Positions 26,241 to 37,620 of a stretch of 64,000 nucleotides of DNA are shown here, piece after piece. The stretch is taken from assembly GCA_964016885.1 (NCBI GenBank), contig OZ024741.1, positions 111,476,001-111,540,000 on the forward strand, read 5' to 3'. How positions within the stretch are numbered: the first letter of the stretch is position 1; the number at the start of each line of letters is the position of its first letter. The notes below the pieces were generated by a model. That model saw nothing but the letters and a program-made list of their open reading frames with translations. It was not told where the DNA came from and did no database searches. The stretch is from Eledone cirrhosa (Eukaryota). A program made the translations under genes and the position numbers.

Positions 26241-28029
26241 TGATCGGTAGGTTTGCTTTGGCAGTGTTGAATATATTCTGGTGACATGGGTTGTGTGTCA
26301 TTATAAATGGTATGACCAGTTCTTGGTTTCTTCTTCCTTGGGTTGTTCTAAGTTGTTGTATAGGTATTTTTATAGCCCGCTGTATGCCATTTTCTATAAG
26401 TAGAGATGGGTATTTTTGTTTGAGCAAAAATTCTCTTAGTTCTGTTAGGCGTTTGTACCTGGTATTCGTATCTTCTACAATGGTACAAATTCTTCTGGCT
26501 AGGCAGTATGGGATGTTGCGTTTTGTATGAGGTGGATGGCAGGACTTAAAATTCAGATATTGATGGGTGTCTGTGTGTTTATAATATATATCCGTGGTAA
26601 TGGTGGTGTCGTTTTTGATTATCATTATATCTAGGAATGGTAATTTGGTCCTACTCATCTCTTTTGTGAATTGGAGAGATGGGTGTAGGTTATTCAGGAG
26701 GATATTGAACTCATCCAGAGTATCTAGAGATTCTGTCCAGATGATGAAACAGTCGTCAAGGTATCTCTTCCAAGATTTTTCAATGTACTTTCTAAAGTCA
26801 GTACTATATTTTTCCTCTATTTCTTGGTAGAGTTGTTGTTCTAAGTATCCCATTACAGAGTTCGCGTAAACGGGAGCAAACTTCGTTCCCATCGCTGTGC
26901 CTCTAATTTGGATGTAATTCTTTCCATTGAAGAAGAAAGTGTTGTTTTCCAGAATAAGTTTAACTGCGTCTAATATAAATGGCGCTGTGAATCTAATGGG
27001 AATCACTTCTCTATGTTTTTCCACCCAGTATTTAACCGCCTTTATTCCTAAATCATGTGTAATGTTGGTGTAAAGGCTTACCACATCAAAACTGAGTAGA
27101 AGTGAATTCGTTTCCGTGGTTTTGGGAAGATGGGACAGGAAGTCGATATCATCCCGGATGAAACTGGGTATGTGAATACATAGTGGTTTCAAAATAATGT
27201 CAACAAAATTGCTTAGACGGTGAGTGGGGCATGTTGGACCAGCTATAATAGGTCTAAGTTTTAAGTCTTTTGGGTGTAATAATTTAATGTACTCACTGTT
27301 TTGTTCTCTTACTGCCAGTTGTATTTCTTTTGACTTGTGAACTTTCGGTAGGCCATACAGGTTGCTGGGTTTCGGCTCAAAATTGGTGATGTAGTCTCTT
27401 TCCTTATCAGTAAATGAGTTGTGGTATTTTGAAGCCAGGTTGTTGATCTTCTTCATGATGTTGTGGTCTATATTTGACGGTATTTCATGATAGAATGTTG
27501 TGTCTTTCAGTTGTTCCTCAACCAAATCCTTGTAGTATTCAGTATCCATTATAACAACTGCACCCCCTTTATCTGCTTGTTTAATTATTATTGTTTTACC
27601 ATTTTGTATACGTTTAAGTGCAGACATTTCTGATTTGTTAATGTTTGGCCTAACATTAGTATTATGTCTAAGAGGAAATTTAGACAGGATGTCAATGTAT
27701 TGGTCGAGATAGATATTTCTTCCTTTTGGCGGAGTGAAATTTGATTTATTCTTTACTAGTGATTCATCACTCTCATTATTTTTATCAGCGAAGAATTCTA
27801 CAAGACGTAATTTTCGACAGAATTCTTGGGTATCCTCCTTCAGTTCTTGGTGGTTGACTGTTGGAGTCGGTGTGAATTTCAGTCCTTTTGACAGAATTTG
27901 CATTTCATCATTGTCAAGATCTCTTTTAGATAAATTAATTATTTTAGGATCTACGTGTACAGCTGTTTTGGGTATGTTTCCTCCTGGAGTTTTTCTTTTT
28001 CCGGTTTTTGTTGTCCTGACGTTAAAAAA
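26230..28029 (-). CDS. PLE reverse transcriptase; frame stays open upstream of the annotated ATG at 27903
   Basis: IINLS..LSKGLKFTPTP, IIKQADKGGAVV, LYGLPKVHK, LRPII, FDVVSLYTNI, GTAMGT, KRYLDDCF, LPFLDI. Confidence 0.95.
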   Translation of the reverse strand, partial: FFNVRTTKTGKRKTPGGNIPKTAVHVDPKIINLSKRDLDNDEMQILSKGLKFTPTPTVNHQELKEDTQEFCRKLRLVEFFADKNNESDESLVKNKSNFTPPKGRNIYLDQYIDILSKFPLRHNTNVRPNINKSEMSALKRIQNGKTIIIKQADKGGAVVIMDTEYYKDLVEEQLKDTTFYHEIPSNIDHNIMKKINNLASKYHNSFTDKERDYITNFEPKPSNLYGLPKVHKSKEIQLAVREQNSEYIKLLHPKDLKLRPIIAGPTCPTHRLSNFVDIILKPLCIHIPSFIRDDIDFLSHLPKTTETNSLLLSFDVVSLYTNITHDLGIKAVKYWVEKHREVIPIRFTAPFILDAVKLILENNTFFFNGKNYIQIRGTAMGTKFAPVYANSVMGYLEQQLYQEIEEKYSTDFRKYIEKSWKRYLDDCFIIWTESLDTLDEFNILLNNLHPSLQFTKEMSRTKLPFLDIMIIKNDTTITTDIYYKHTDTHQYLNFKSCHPPHTKRNIPYCLARRICTIVEDTNTRYKRLTELREFLLKQKYPSLLIENGIQRAIKIPIQQLRTTQGRRNQELVIPFIMTHNPCHQNIFNTAKANLPIIAQ

Positions 28030-29297
28030 TGAATTTTTCTCTGTTCAGGATTTATATTCCTGTTGGTGTTCGCTTGATGAACTTTTGGTCGTGATATTAT
28101 ATTTGGTTTCGTTATGTATTTTGTCCTATTTTTGGTATTCTGTATATTATTTTTCTTCCTGTTAGCATTATTTTTAACAATCTGGGAAAATGACCTAGGT
28201 TTGCTTTCAGGTTTAGATCGTTTTTTCGTCCAGTTTCTTGTGGGCAATCTCTGTTGAGATCTTGAGAGTGTTCTGGTTATTCTACGTTTTGTTTCCACAT
28301 TCCTTGTTGGTAGTCTCTGTTGAGATCTTGAGAATGATCTCCTGGTTTTACTACTTCTCATGGTCTGGTCAAAGGAATACCTATCGTGTTTGTGCTTTTT
28401 GTTCATGTTGTGTGCGATAGGGTGTTTTTGTAGAAAAAGCGAAGAGTTATTACTGTAGTTCTTCTTTGATTCAAGGTAAGGTGAGTGTTTGTGTTGGCAC
28501 GTGTTCTGGCGTATGTTGTGTTGATGAGATTGTCCACTTTTAATGCTTTTTCTCAGGGTTCCAGAGTCTTTACCGTAATTTGCAGCATATTCATCGAGAA
28601 ATAATTGTTTCTGCTGCCATACCTTTCTTGATTTGTTTTCTTCTTTTGAGATATCTCCAATCCATAGTTCTCGTAGTTTTTCAACTATAATACCAGTCGT
28701 TAGCTTTGAAATTTCAACTTCAATTTGGTCATCAATAGCTTCATATTTGGCTTTGTAGCGGGATTGTTTACATTCAGAAATGGAGATGTCGGTCCTGAAT
28801 TTTGTCAATGTAAGTTCCCATCGGAGTTTTGTTTCTTCTTCTGGTTCTGCAATTTCCGTAATTAGGTATTTACGAGGGAGTATGGATGCCGTTAGAGAGA
28901 GCCATTTCGAATGTGTTTCGACATATTTTTCGCATCTGTATGCTTTCCAGAAATTTTGTTTTCTTATGTTAAGGAATTTTTTCCATGTCTTCCACATTTA
29001 TTTTCTTATTCGATGTGTTTTGTTTTCCAAATTTCTTTCGTTTATTTCTGACATCCAAGGGGGTTGTGGTAGGCTTTCTCTTGTATCTTTGATAACTGTT
29101 GGTATAATTTCAGCTAAATTCTTAATTTCAGAGTTTATATGTTCAGTTATAAGTTTTCCGTCTGTAGATTGTTTTTCTATTTCCTTTAAAATAGAGGATT
29201 GTGTGTCCATCATCGTGATAAGTGTTGATAATTTCGATGATATCTCCTTTAGAATTCTTTCTGATTCTGTTGGTTTCATTTGTTGCTTTCCAGACAT
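27951..29297 (-). CDS. Upstream ORF1 of the PLE (helical N-half, basic low-complexity C-half), one in-frame stop at 28998-29000
   Basis: ORFs 28998-29297 and 27951-28997 are in the same frame; lies between the 5' repeat and the RT. Confidence 0.7.
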
Positions 29298-30051
29298 GTT
29301 GGCATATACACAATAGGAATATATATATAGATATAGATAGGTAAATATACACGGGTGTGTATGATTGTGTATAGAAGATTATATTAATAAGAGGAATTCC
29401 AACTTTGTCTGATTTACTCGTTTTATTTACAATCTTTAAAATATATATAATGGTATTATAATGAAATAGTATGATAGAATATTAAATTCTAAGTATTAAT
29501 TGAACAATATATATATATGTATCGGGGTGGAGAGAGGGAGAAAGAGAGAGAGAGAAAGAGAAAGAGAGAGAGAGAATGAGTGAGAGAGAGAGAGAGTGAG
29601 AGAGAGAGAATGAGTGAGAGAGAGAGAGAGTGAGAGAGAGAGAGAGAGAGAGAGATAATGTCGTTAAGCTTAATACATGGGACAAATAGTTCAGCATTCA
29701 AAACAGCACAATGTGTGTGTGTGATATGTAAATAATTGGATATAAGAGTACAACTGCCAGGTATAAATATTGCATCTCTTTATTAGTGCCGTCCCATATG
29801 ATCGTTTCAATGTTGCACAAAATACGATTGTTATATTGGTTTCAAAAAAATTTTCATTGAAAGAAATATGTTATCATTGGCACGTGATCACTACTACACG
29901 TGAAGAGAGATATGAAGAGGGATATATATAGAGAGATGCAAATATACATATAATATATATATCGCTTCCGGGTGTGTCTTTGTACACATCCATTCATACA
30001 CACACACAAACATATCCACAGACACGCCCCCCCACCATATATATATATATT

Positions 30052-30131
<80 letters not shown>

Positions 30132-30267
30132 CTGTGTGTGTACGTATGCATACTTACATTCATGTATCAGCTGTGCTAGGGCAAGAAATACATTTCTAAT
30201 CTTATATATATATAGTTAAATAAGATAACAAGGACGATTGGTTACTTCTTCATTACGTTTATTGGTT

Positions 30268-30352
30268 GGTGACGCCCCTTTCGCCACTGACCAGCTCAAG
30301 GTTCGATCTGTATCGATCTGACCTGACTCTGTTAACCGCGGCTCGTCAGACC
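30268..30352 (-). ncRNA. Type I hammerhead ribozyme, same family as 24074, in PLE 3' fragment 30214-30690
   Basis: GGT-CTGACGA-GCCGC...GTGGC-GAAA-GGGGCG-TC-ACC; stem III mutated. Confidence 0.6.
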
Positions 30353-30747
30353 CCTTGTAATGTTAATGGAAGAATGAATACATGCTGTATGATAAAGTCA
30401 GAAGTTCCAATGGTGGTCAGTAAAGTTTGTTTTGATTGGTGGATTAGTTCATAGGGATGTTTTTGCCTGTAGTGTATGTGGGGGGGGGGGGGGGGAGTTT
30501 GTGGTGTCGATCGCAGGTTGAAGTGGGCGGTGGTGTGGGGGATGATGGCTGTCGGTAGACAGTTTGGCATGTAGATGTGGCTGATTTTTGTGTGAGGTGT
30601 GGGTGTGGTGTTATTTGCGATAAAGATGAAAGGTTGCGGTGTTTATGGTGGTGTGATGATTGTGTTCCTGGTTTCATTCCCATAAGGAGATACATATACA
30701 CACACTAAGTCTGACAAATACGTAGTATAGATACACATGTGTGTGTG

Positions 30748-30778
<31 letters not shown>

Positions 30779-30986
30779 TGAATTACTGTCGGCTTCTTGC
30801 TTACATTAATTTCTCTATTTTCATTTATATATATATATATATATATTTAAAAGTTAAACAAGGTTCAATGAATAAATCAAAGAATGAGTTTTACAATAGA
30901 TTGGAAGCACTCAACAGTATGGTTTTCCGGAGTTATTAATATTAATTCAAAATATTAACAAAATAGATATTCTTGTGATCAAGTAT

Positions 30987-31051
30987 ATTTTATTATACAT
31001 ATTTCAGAGGTACTGAGTTAACTTCAACAGTACGTCCTCATCAGATAAAAT
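30987..31051 (-). ncRNA. Type I hammerhead ribozyme in pLTR
   Basis: ATTTTAT-CTGATGA-GGACGTACTG..CAGTACCTCT-GAAA-TATGTA-TA-ATAAAAT. Confidence 0.78.
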
Positions 31052-33064
31052 GAGATGATGCATGACATACCCTGACATAGTAGATGGTTAAGATTCAGTC
31101 ATGGTAGTGAGTAATATATGACAAAATCCAATATTTATATACCTTAATATTGAAAACATGAGAAAAACACATAATACATACAATAGAGAGGGTCGTGTGA
31201 GAAAGTTAAAAAAATACATGGTAGCAAAATAACTGTTAAATAATTTAAATTACTGAAGAAGGAGAAAAGAAAAGAAAGGCATAGAGGAAGAAACAGATGA
31301 GGCGATAATATAGCTAGTAGGAGAGTTGATTACAGAGAGAGATATAAAGAGGAATAACTTATACACTGTAATGTTATAGGGAGATATTAAACTAAAATAA
31401 TATTTGGGCTTAGCTTTAGGAAAATGGAAAAAACACAATTTATTGAATTATTGAGATATCTAAAAATATTTAAAAGTAAACATCAATCGGAATTTTAAAT
31501 ATAATTGTGTTTATTCATATGAAGGTTAATATCAAGTCCTTAGACAACTATCCATATATACAATATATATCCAAACATATCTGGTTGACCGTTAACATTC
31601 AAAACATTTAATTTAAGTTAGTTCAGAGTAGTGAATAATATTTTAGGTTATAAAAGTTAATAAATATCTGTATTAATATTAAAGTATACTATCTAGTTTA
31701 ATTTCTAAAAACAAATTTTATGAAATCAAATTTAAAGGATTTACAAACACGAGAAAGAAAACATAATGTTTTTACAACCTCACGAAGGTAAACCTTACTA
31801 ACTTTAATATATAATATTAAATTAATAATATAATTTAAAAAATAATTAGTTGTAATTTTTTTTTTTAAAGAATTTTAAGATTAACAATTTGAATGCTTAA
31901 AGGATCAACAGGCCTTATAATTAAACTTTAAAAAGTCTGATTATTAAATAACATATGTGCGTTTATCAAAAAAATACACAAAGATTATATTGTCCAAAGA
32001 CTAAGATGATACCTCTCAAATAGACATAACATAATACCATACAATAAATAAGTTACTGGAAATATTGTTAAAATGAATGTTTTAGATCAATCATTGTAAT
32101 AGGATCATTTAATAGATATATACTATAAATATAGTAGTCAAAACCTCATGAGTCCCAAGGATAAGGACCAGATACAAAAAAAAACAAGTGAAAAAAGTAA
32201 AAATAAATGAATTGTTTGCGAACATAAAAGTGCCCAATATTTAAAAATATATAGTTTAAAATGCTAGGTTTTTTTAAAAAGAATTTATATAATAGACAAA
32301 CAACACTTCTAAAGTGTCCACAAAGATGATAGAAAGCGGAGCTAAGGATTTGAATGACCCGAAGTTAACCTAAATTTAATTAAAATAAATTAAATTAAAT
32401 TAAGTAATAATCGTTATATAATTTAGAACATTAAGGAAATATGTAACTATTATAACAATAGAGAGTCATCTGAGTATCCAAATTACTTATAAATGTAGCT
32501 AGGAGCATGTTATTATACTAGATAAACAAGTTTGTTCAAATATATAGAGAGAGTATTATAGGTATTAATGAAACATATAATAAATAAATAATTACAATCA
32601 TTATTAGTAATGTTATAATTGTAGTTTAACATCGAGTTCAGTAGAAAGAAAGACCAATATTTGTGACATTTATACCTAAAAATATATAAAACTATATATT
32701 TACAAATCTAACTTTCTGCATCCCAAATCATACTCAAAATGAGTAAAATATATAAATGCATGAATGATTTACGGTTCAATTATAACCGGTAATCTTACAA
32801 GTTGTATATCCAAATTATATATTTAAAACAAATAGTATATAAGGATCCCAATCTAACTTATATATATCTAAAATAATCTGAAGGTGTGCATATTCATCAA
32901 GAGAACAAGTTAACAAATAATCTGTTTATATACCTAAACAAGACCCTTCAGTCTAACATTAATTCTATCATAAATGAATAGAAAATAAAGCATTATTAAA
33001 GTTTTATAAAATGCTATAACGTTTAAGGTACAACAGTTGATAAGAGACGTCAAAACCTGTTTAT

Positions 33065-35320
33065 TTAGTGTTTTTTCCTGACTTTCTGCGAGGCTTGGAA
33101 AGTTGACAAAGCTTTATGAAGGGACTTTGAGAATAATTCACTTTTTTTGTTAATTAAGTTTTCATAATTAGTAATTATTAATAGGGTCTCCTTAGTACAG
33201 AGGTTGCAGTTAGATGATATAGACGAATTCGAGTAGATTCTACTATTACATAGCTTCGTCCAAAGAATCGAGTATTTTAAATTTTTGTCTTTTAACGACC
33301 ATATAAGTTGTGATAAAGAAGTCGAAGACTTCCTATAAGGATTCGAAAAAGACCATTTGTGATTCCCAAATCTCGATTTAAATGTCGAATAAGTTGCACC
33401 TATGTAGTTGTATGTGATGTTATTTGCTTTTACAGCGCATTTATACACCAAATTTGTATCCAGACAATTATTTTGCAGAGGGCAATCTGGTTTATTTCTA
33501 CAATTACATTTCGATTTATTATTATTATAATTTATATTAATACTATTATTAACACTATTATGCTGATTCTGGTTTAGAATTCTACTATTTAGTTTAGTGA
33601 TGTTTTGGGCCATATTCATAGTTGTAGAATAAGAAAGCTTAATTGTGTGTCTATTAAATATGGAACGGTATTTATGTTGAATAGGGAAGGAATTATCTAA
33701 AGCTTTAAAGAATAGATTAGCTAGTCGTGTTTTTATTGCTACAGAAGCAGGATGGGGGGGGGGGGGGACCATATAACTGATTTAGTTCTGTTTTTTTTCT
33801 AAGATTTATTCACAGGACAGGTGTTTGAATTATAATTTTTAAACTTTCGTTTATACATGTCAGTCATATTATTATTTTTATCAGGATTAAGATTAGAATT
33901 ATTATTGTCTATATATTCTATATTATTTTTATAACCTGCCTTTCTTAGCGCATCATTCTAATATCCTGCTTTTTAATCAAATATGGATTTATTAGCAGAT
34001 ATTCTAGTTATGCGTTTCTGTACACTATTGACAATTGCATTTTTCACAGATTTAGGGTGATTAGAGTAATAACTAACGTAATTTAAGTTTTCATTGGGCT
34101 TATGGAAAGGGTAATAAAAACCAGAGTTTAAGTTAAGGAAATTAACTATTTTGGTACCACTTTCAACCTCTAATTTAAGGTCGTAATTTTTAAAGAATTC
34201 AATTATATTTTTCTTAACCCTATTTAGTTCTGTATTGCTGTGTTTGACAACCGTAAATAAAATATCGTCCCTATATAAACCACCGGTAATCTCCGGCAGT
34301 TTTCTATTTACCATATTTAAGATGAAAATCCCCAGAAGATCCGTGACTTGCGCTGAGTCCGATGATCCAATGGTAATGTCAAAGTTTCTATTTCTATCCG
34401 AGCGGGTCCAATACTCATTGTTGAAATTAATTAGAGTTCTTCTAGCAGTTAATATGATATCGATTTCATCCGTAGTTAAATCTGTATGTTTGTAAACGTA
34501 GGATAAAGCCTTATTTAATAGGTTAGGCGTAATGGAAGAGTAATAGCTTGCTATGTCTATTTGGACGAATTTGTGGTTTTTCTTATCATCTATATTTTTG
34601 AACCAATCAATCACTTCATTGGTGTCCTTGCACAAGCTCAATTTAGACCTCAATTTCAGAATAGGTAGAATTCTATCAATAATATTCTTACTGGTTACTC
34701 CAATATCCGATTTAGATGGAGCAGTCTAACTGGCGGGTCTTCCTCAAAGTTTCTTTTGTGATCCTTAAAATTAATCCTCGGCTGTCTAGGTATAAAAGGC
34801 TCGGTTCTTCCTTCAATTCCTAATTTTGCAATTAATTTATATGCATCATTATTGATGTCTGGAATATCTTCGGCCGGGGCTTTTCTATAATTTTTCCTTA
34901 GTTACTTTAAAATCAAATCATTATATTCTTCTTTATTTATCCCATATAAATTATTTGTTTTGTCAGATTTCACCAATATATTATTAACTTTTTTTATATC
35001 CGAGATTTTTTCTTTTAGAGTTCTAAGGTATTGGTGACCTATATATGGGTTTTTCCTGAATTTAATTTTCTTAAGTATATTGAGGATTTCAGTTTCAAAA
35101 TCCTCCAGGAGTTTGTTGTATGGAGGATTTTTTCTGGATCTAAAGATAGTTTCGAAATAATTGCTGTTGGTTTTTCTTTTAGCTTCTTTATTATCGAAAT
35201 TAAATGCGCGCCATCTCACTCTTCTTATAAAAGAGTTTGTTTGTTCTATAGGTTTCCCATGTATTCTGCATTAGATGGTATAGGTATATCCTTGAGAGAT
35301 GTCGGGAAGGTGAAGAATTC
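33065..35320 (-). pseudogene. PLE RT + GIY-YIG, frameshifted
   Basis: RWRAF, VKSDKTNNLY, QIDIASYYSSI, FDITIGSSDSAQVTDLLG, GGLYRDDI, CNCRNKPDCPLQNNCL, LVYKC..YIGAT. Confidence 0.92.
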
Positions 35321-35526
35321 CATTATTTATTCAATATGCAATCTATTGTATAGAAAAGCGCTCAATCTGCTGGGAGCTAGATATATTTAAAGGTTAAACA
35401 AGGTTCAATGAATAAATCAAAGAATGAGGTTTACAATAGATTGGAAGCACTCAACAGTATGGTTTTCCGGAGTTATTAATATTAATTCAAAATATTAACA
35501 AAATAGATATTCTTATGATCAAGTAT

Positions 35527-35591
35527 ATTTTATTATACATATTTCAGAGGTACTGAGTTAACTTCAACAGTACGTCCTCATCAGATAAAAT
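35527..35591 (-). ncRNA. Type I hammerhead ribozyme in the upstream pLTR copy
   Basis: Same motif as 30987-31051. Confidence 0.78.
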
Positions 35592-36743
35592 AAGATGATG
35601 CATGACATACCCTGACATAGTAGATGGTTAAGATTCAGTCATGGTAATGAGTAATATATGACAAAATCCAATATTTATATACCTTAATAATGAAAACATG
35701 AGAAAAACACATAATACATACAATAGAGAGGGTACGTGTGAGAAAGTTAAAAAAATACATGGTATCAAAATAACTGTTAAATAATTTAAATTACTGAAGA
35801 AGGAGGAAAGAAAAGAAAGGCATAGAGGAAGAAACAGATGAGGCGATAATATAGCTAGTAGGAGCCTAGAAAAACAAAGGAGAGTTGATTACAGAGAGAG
35901 AGATAAAGAGGAATAACTTATACACTGTAATATTATAGAGAGATATTAAACTAAAACAATATTTGGGCTTAGCTTTAGGAAAATGGAAGAAACACAATTT
36001 ATTGAATTATTGAATTATAGTGTTTATTCATATGAAGGTTAATATCAAGTCTTTAGACAACTATCCATATATACAATATATATCCAAACATATCTGGTTG
36101 ACCGTTAACATTCAAAGCATTTAATTTAAGTTAGTTCAGAGTAATGAATAATATTTTAGGTTATAAAAGTTAATAAATATCTGTATTAATATTAAAGTAT
36201 ACTATCTAGTTTAATTTCTAAAAACAAATTTTATGAAATCAAATTTAAAGGATTTACAAACACGAGAAAGAAAACATAATGTTTTTACAACCTCACGAAG
36301 GTAAACCTTACTAACTTTAATATATAATATTAAATTAATAATATAATTTAAAATATAATTAGTTGTAATTTTTTTTTTTTAAAGAATTTTAAGATTAACA
36401 ATTTGAATGCTTAAAGGATCAACAGGCCTTATAATTAAACTTTAACAAGCCTGATTATTAAATTACATATGTGCGTTTATCAAAAAAATACACAAAGATT
36501 ATATTGTCGAAAGACTAAAGATGATACCTCTCAAATAGACATATCATAATACCATACAATAAATAAGTTACTGGAAATATTGTTAAAATGAATGTTTTAG
36601 ATCAATCATTGTAATAGGATCATTTAATAGAAATAAACTATAAATATAGAAGGACGTACTGTTGAAGTTAACTCAGTTCCTCTGAAATATGTATAATAAA
36701 ATATACTTGATCACAAGAATATCTATTTTGTTAATATTTTGAA

Positions 36744-36830
<87 letters not shown>

Positions 36831-37471
36831 CTGTGTGTGTATACTTATATTTATTCTATGTATAGGCATTAATCTCCCAACCCATAAACAGCCACACACG
36901 CAAATAACACGTAATAAAAAATACATTTATAATTATTATGCTTGAAGATATAACAAGTTACAAGTTACAAGTTATTCATTTTACCTAATTACACTTGACT
37001 GAATAGTATATATTGTTATTAGCCTGCACTTTAATTGATATATATATATCTATATATCTATATCTATATATCTATATCTATATATATATATATATATTTA
37101 ACATGCACTGATACAAACATACATACATGATGGCTGTCCCCTCGTTATCGAGTATGGCCATTGCACGATATACCATAATTAATAATTATTAATTAATTCT
37201 ATCGTGCAATGCCTGTGCGTGAAGATATTTTTTAAAGTGAGGAAAGACTATGCACTGAACCAATCCCACTCTCTGAGCGACAGTAGCTATAACCCGAAAA
37301 GAAGAAAAGATCAACATCATCGGTAACTACTGAGTAAACATATACATAAACATACACACATGCATACATACATGTAGATAGGTAGAAATATCTCTCTCTT
37401 GTCCTCTCTCTTTCTCCCGCTGCCTCTCTATTTATCTCGCTCTCTATTCGTCTCTCTCTCTCTCTCTCTCC

Positions 37472-37554
<83 letters not shown>

Positions 37555-37576
37555 CACACTCACACACACTTATATA

Positions 37577-37613
<37 letters not shown>

Positions 37614-37620
<7 letters not shown>

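Larger units (their letters stand above)
25135..29507 (-). mobile_element. Near-complete Penelope-like element (CxxC-type GIY-YIG, Naiad/Neptune-like) with direct terminal repeats
   Basis: 25135-25315 repeated at about 29325-29507; RT + GIY-YIG inside; (TA)n flanks. Confidence 0.93.
30845..36750 (-). mobile_element. Penelope-like element (YRDD type) with 1.3-kb direct repeat and short inverted terminal segment
   Basis: 30845-32135 repeated at 35387-36648; 36651-36750 is an inverted copy of about 35477-35578. Confidence 0.92.

Noticed and set aside
26228-26242. TGA at the end of the RT ORF as selenocysteine or a programmed event
   Set aside because: The endonuclease continues in another frame and the paralogue at 57581-58698 is continuous here, so an indel is more likely.
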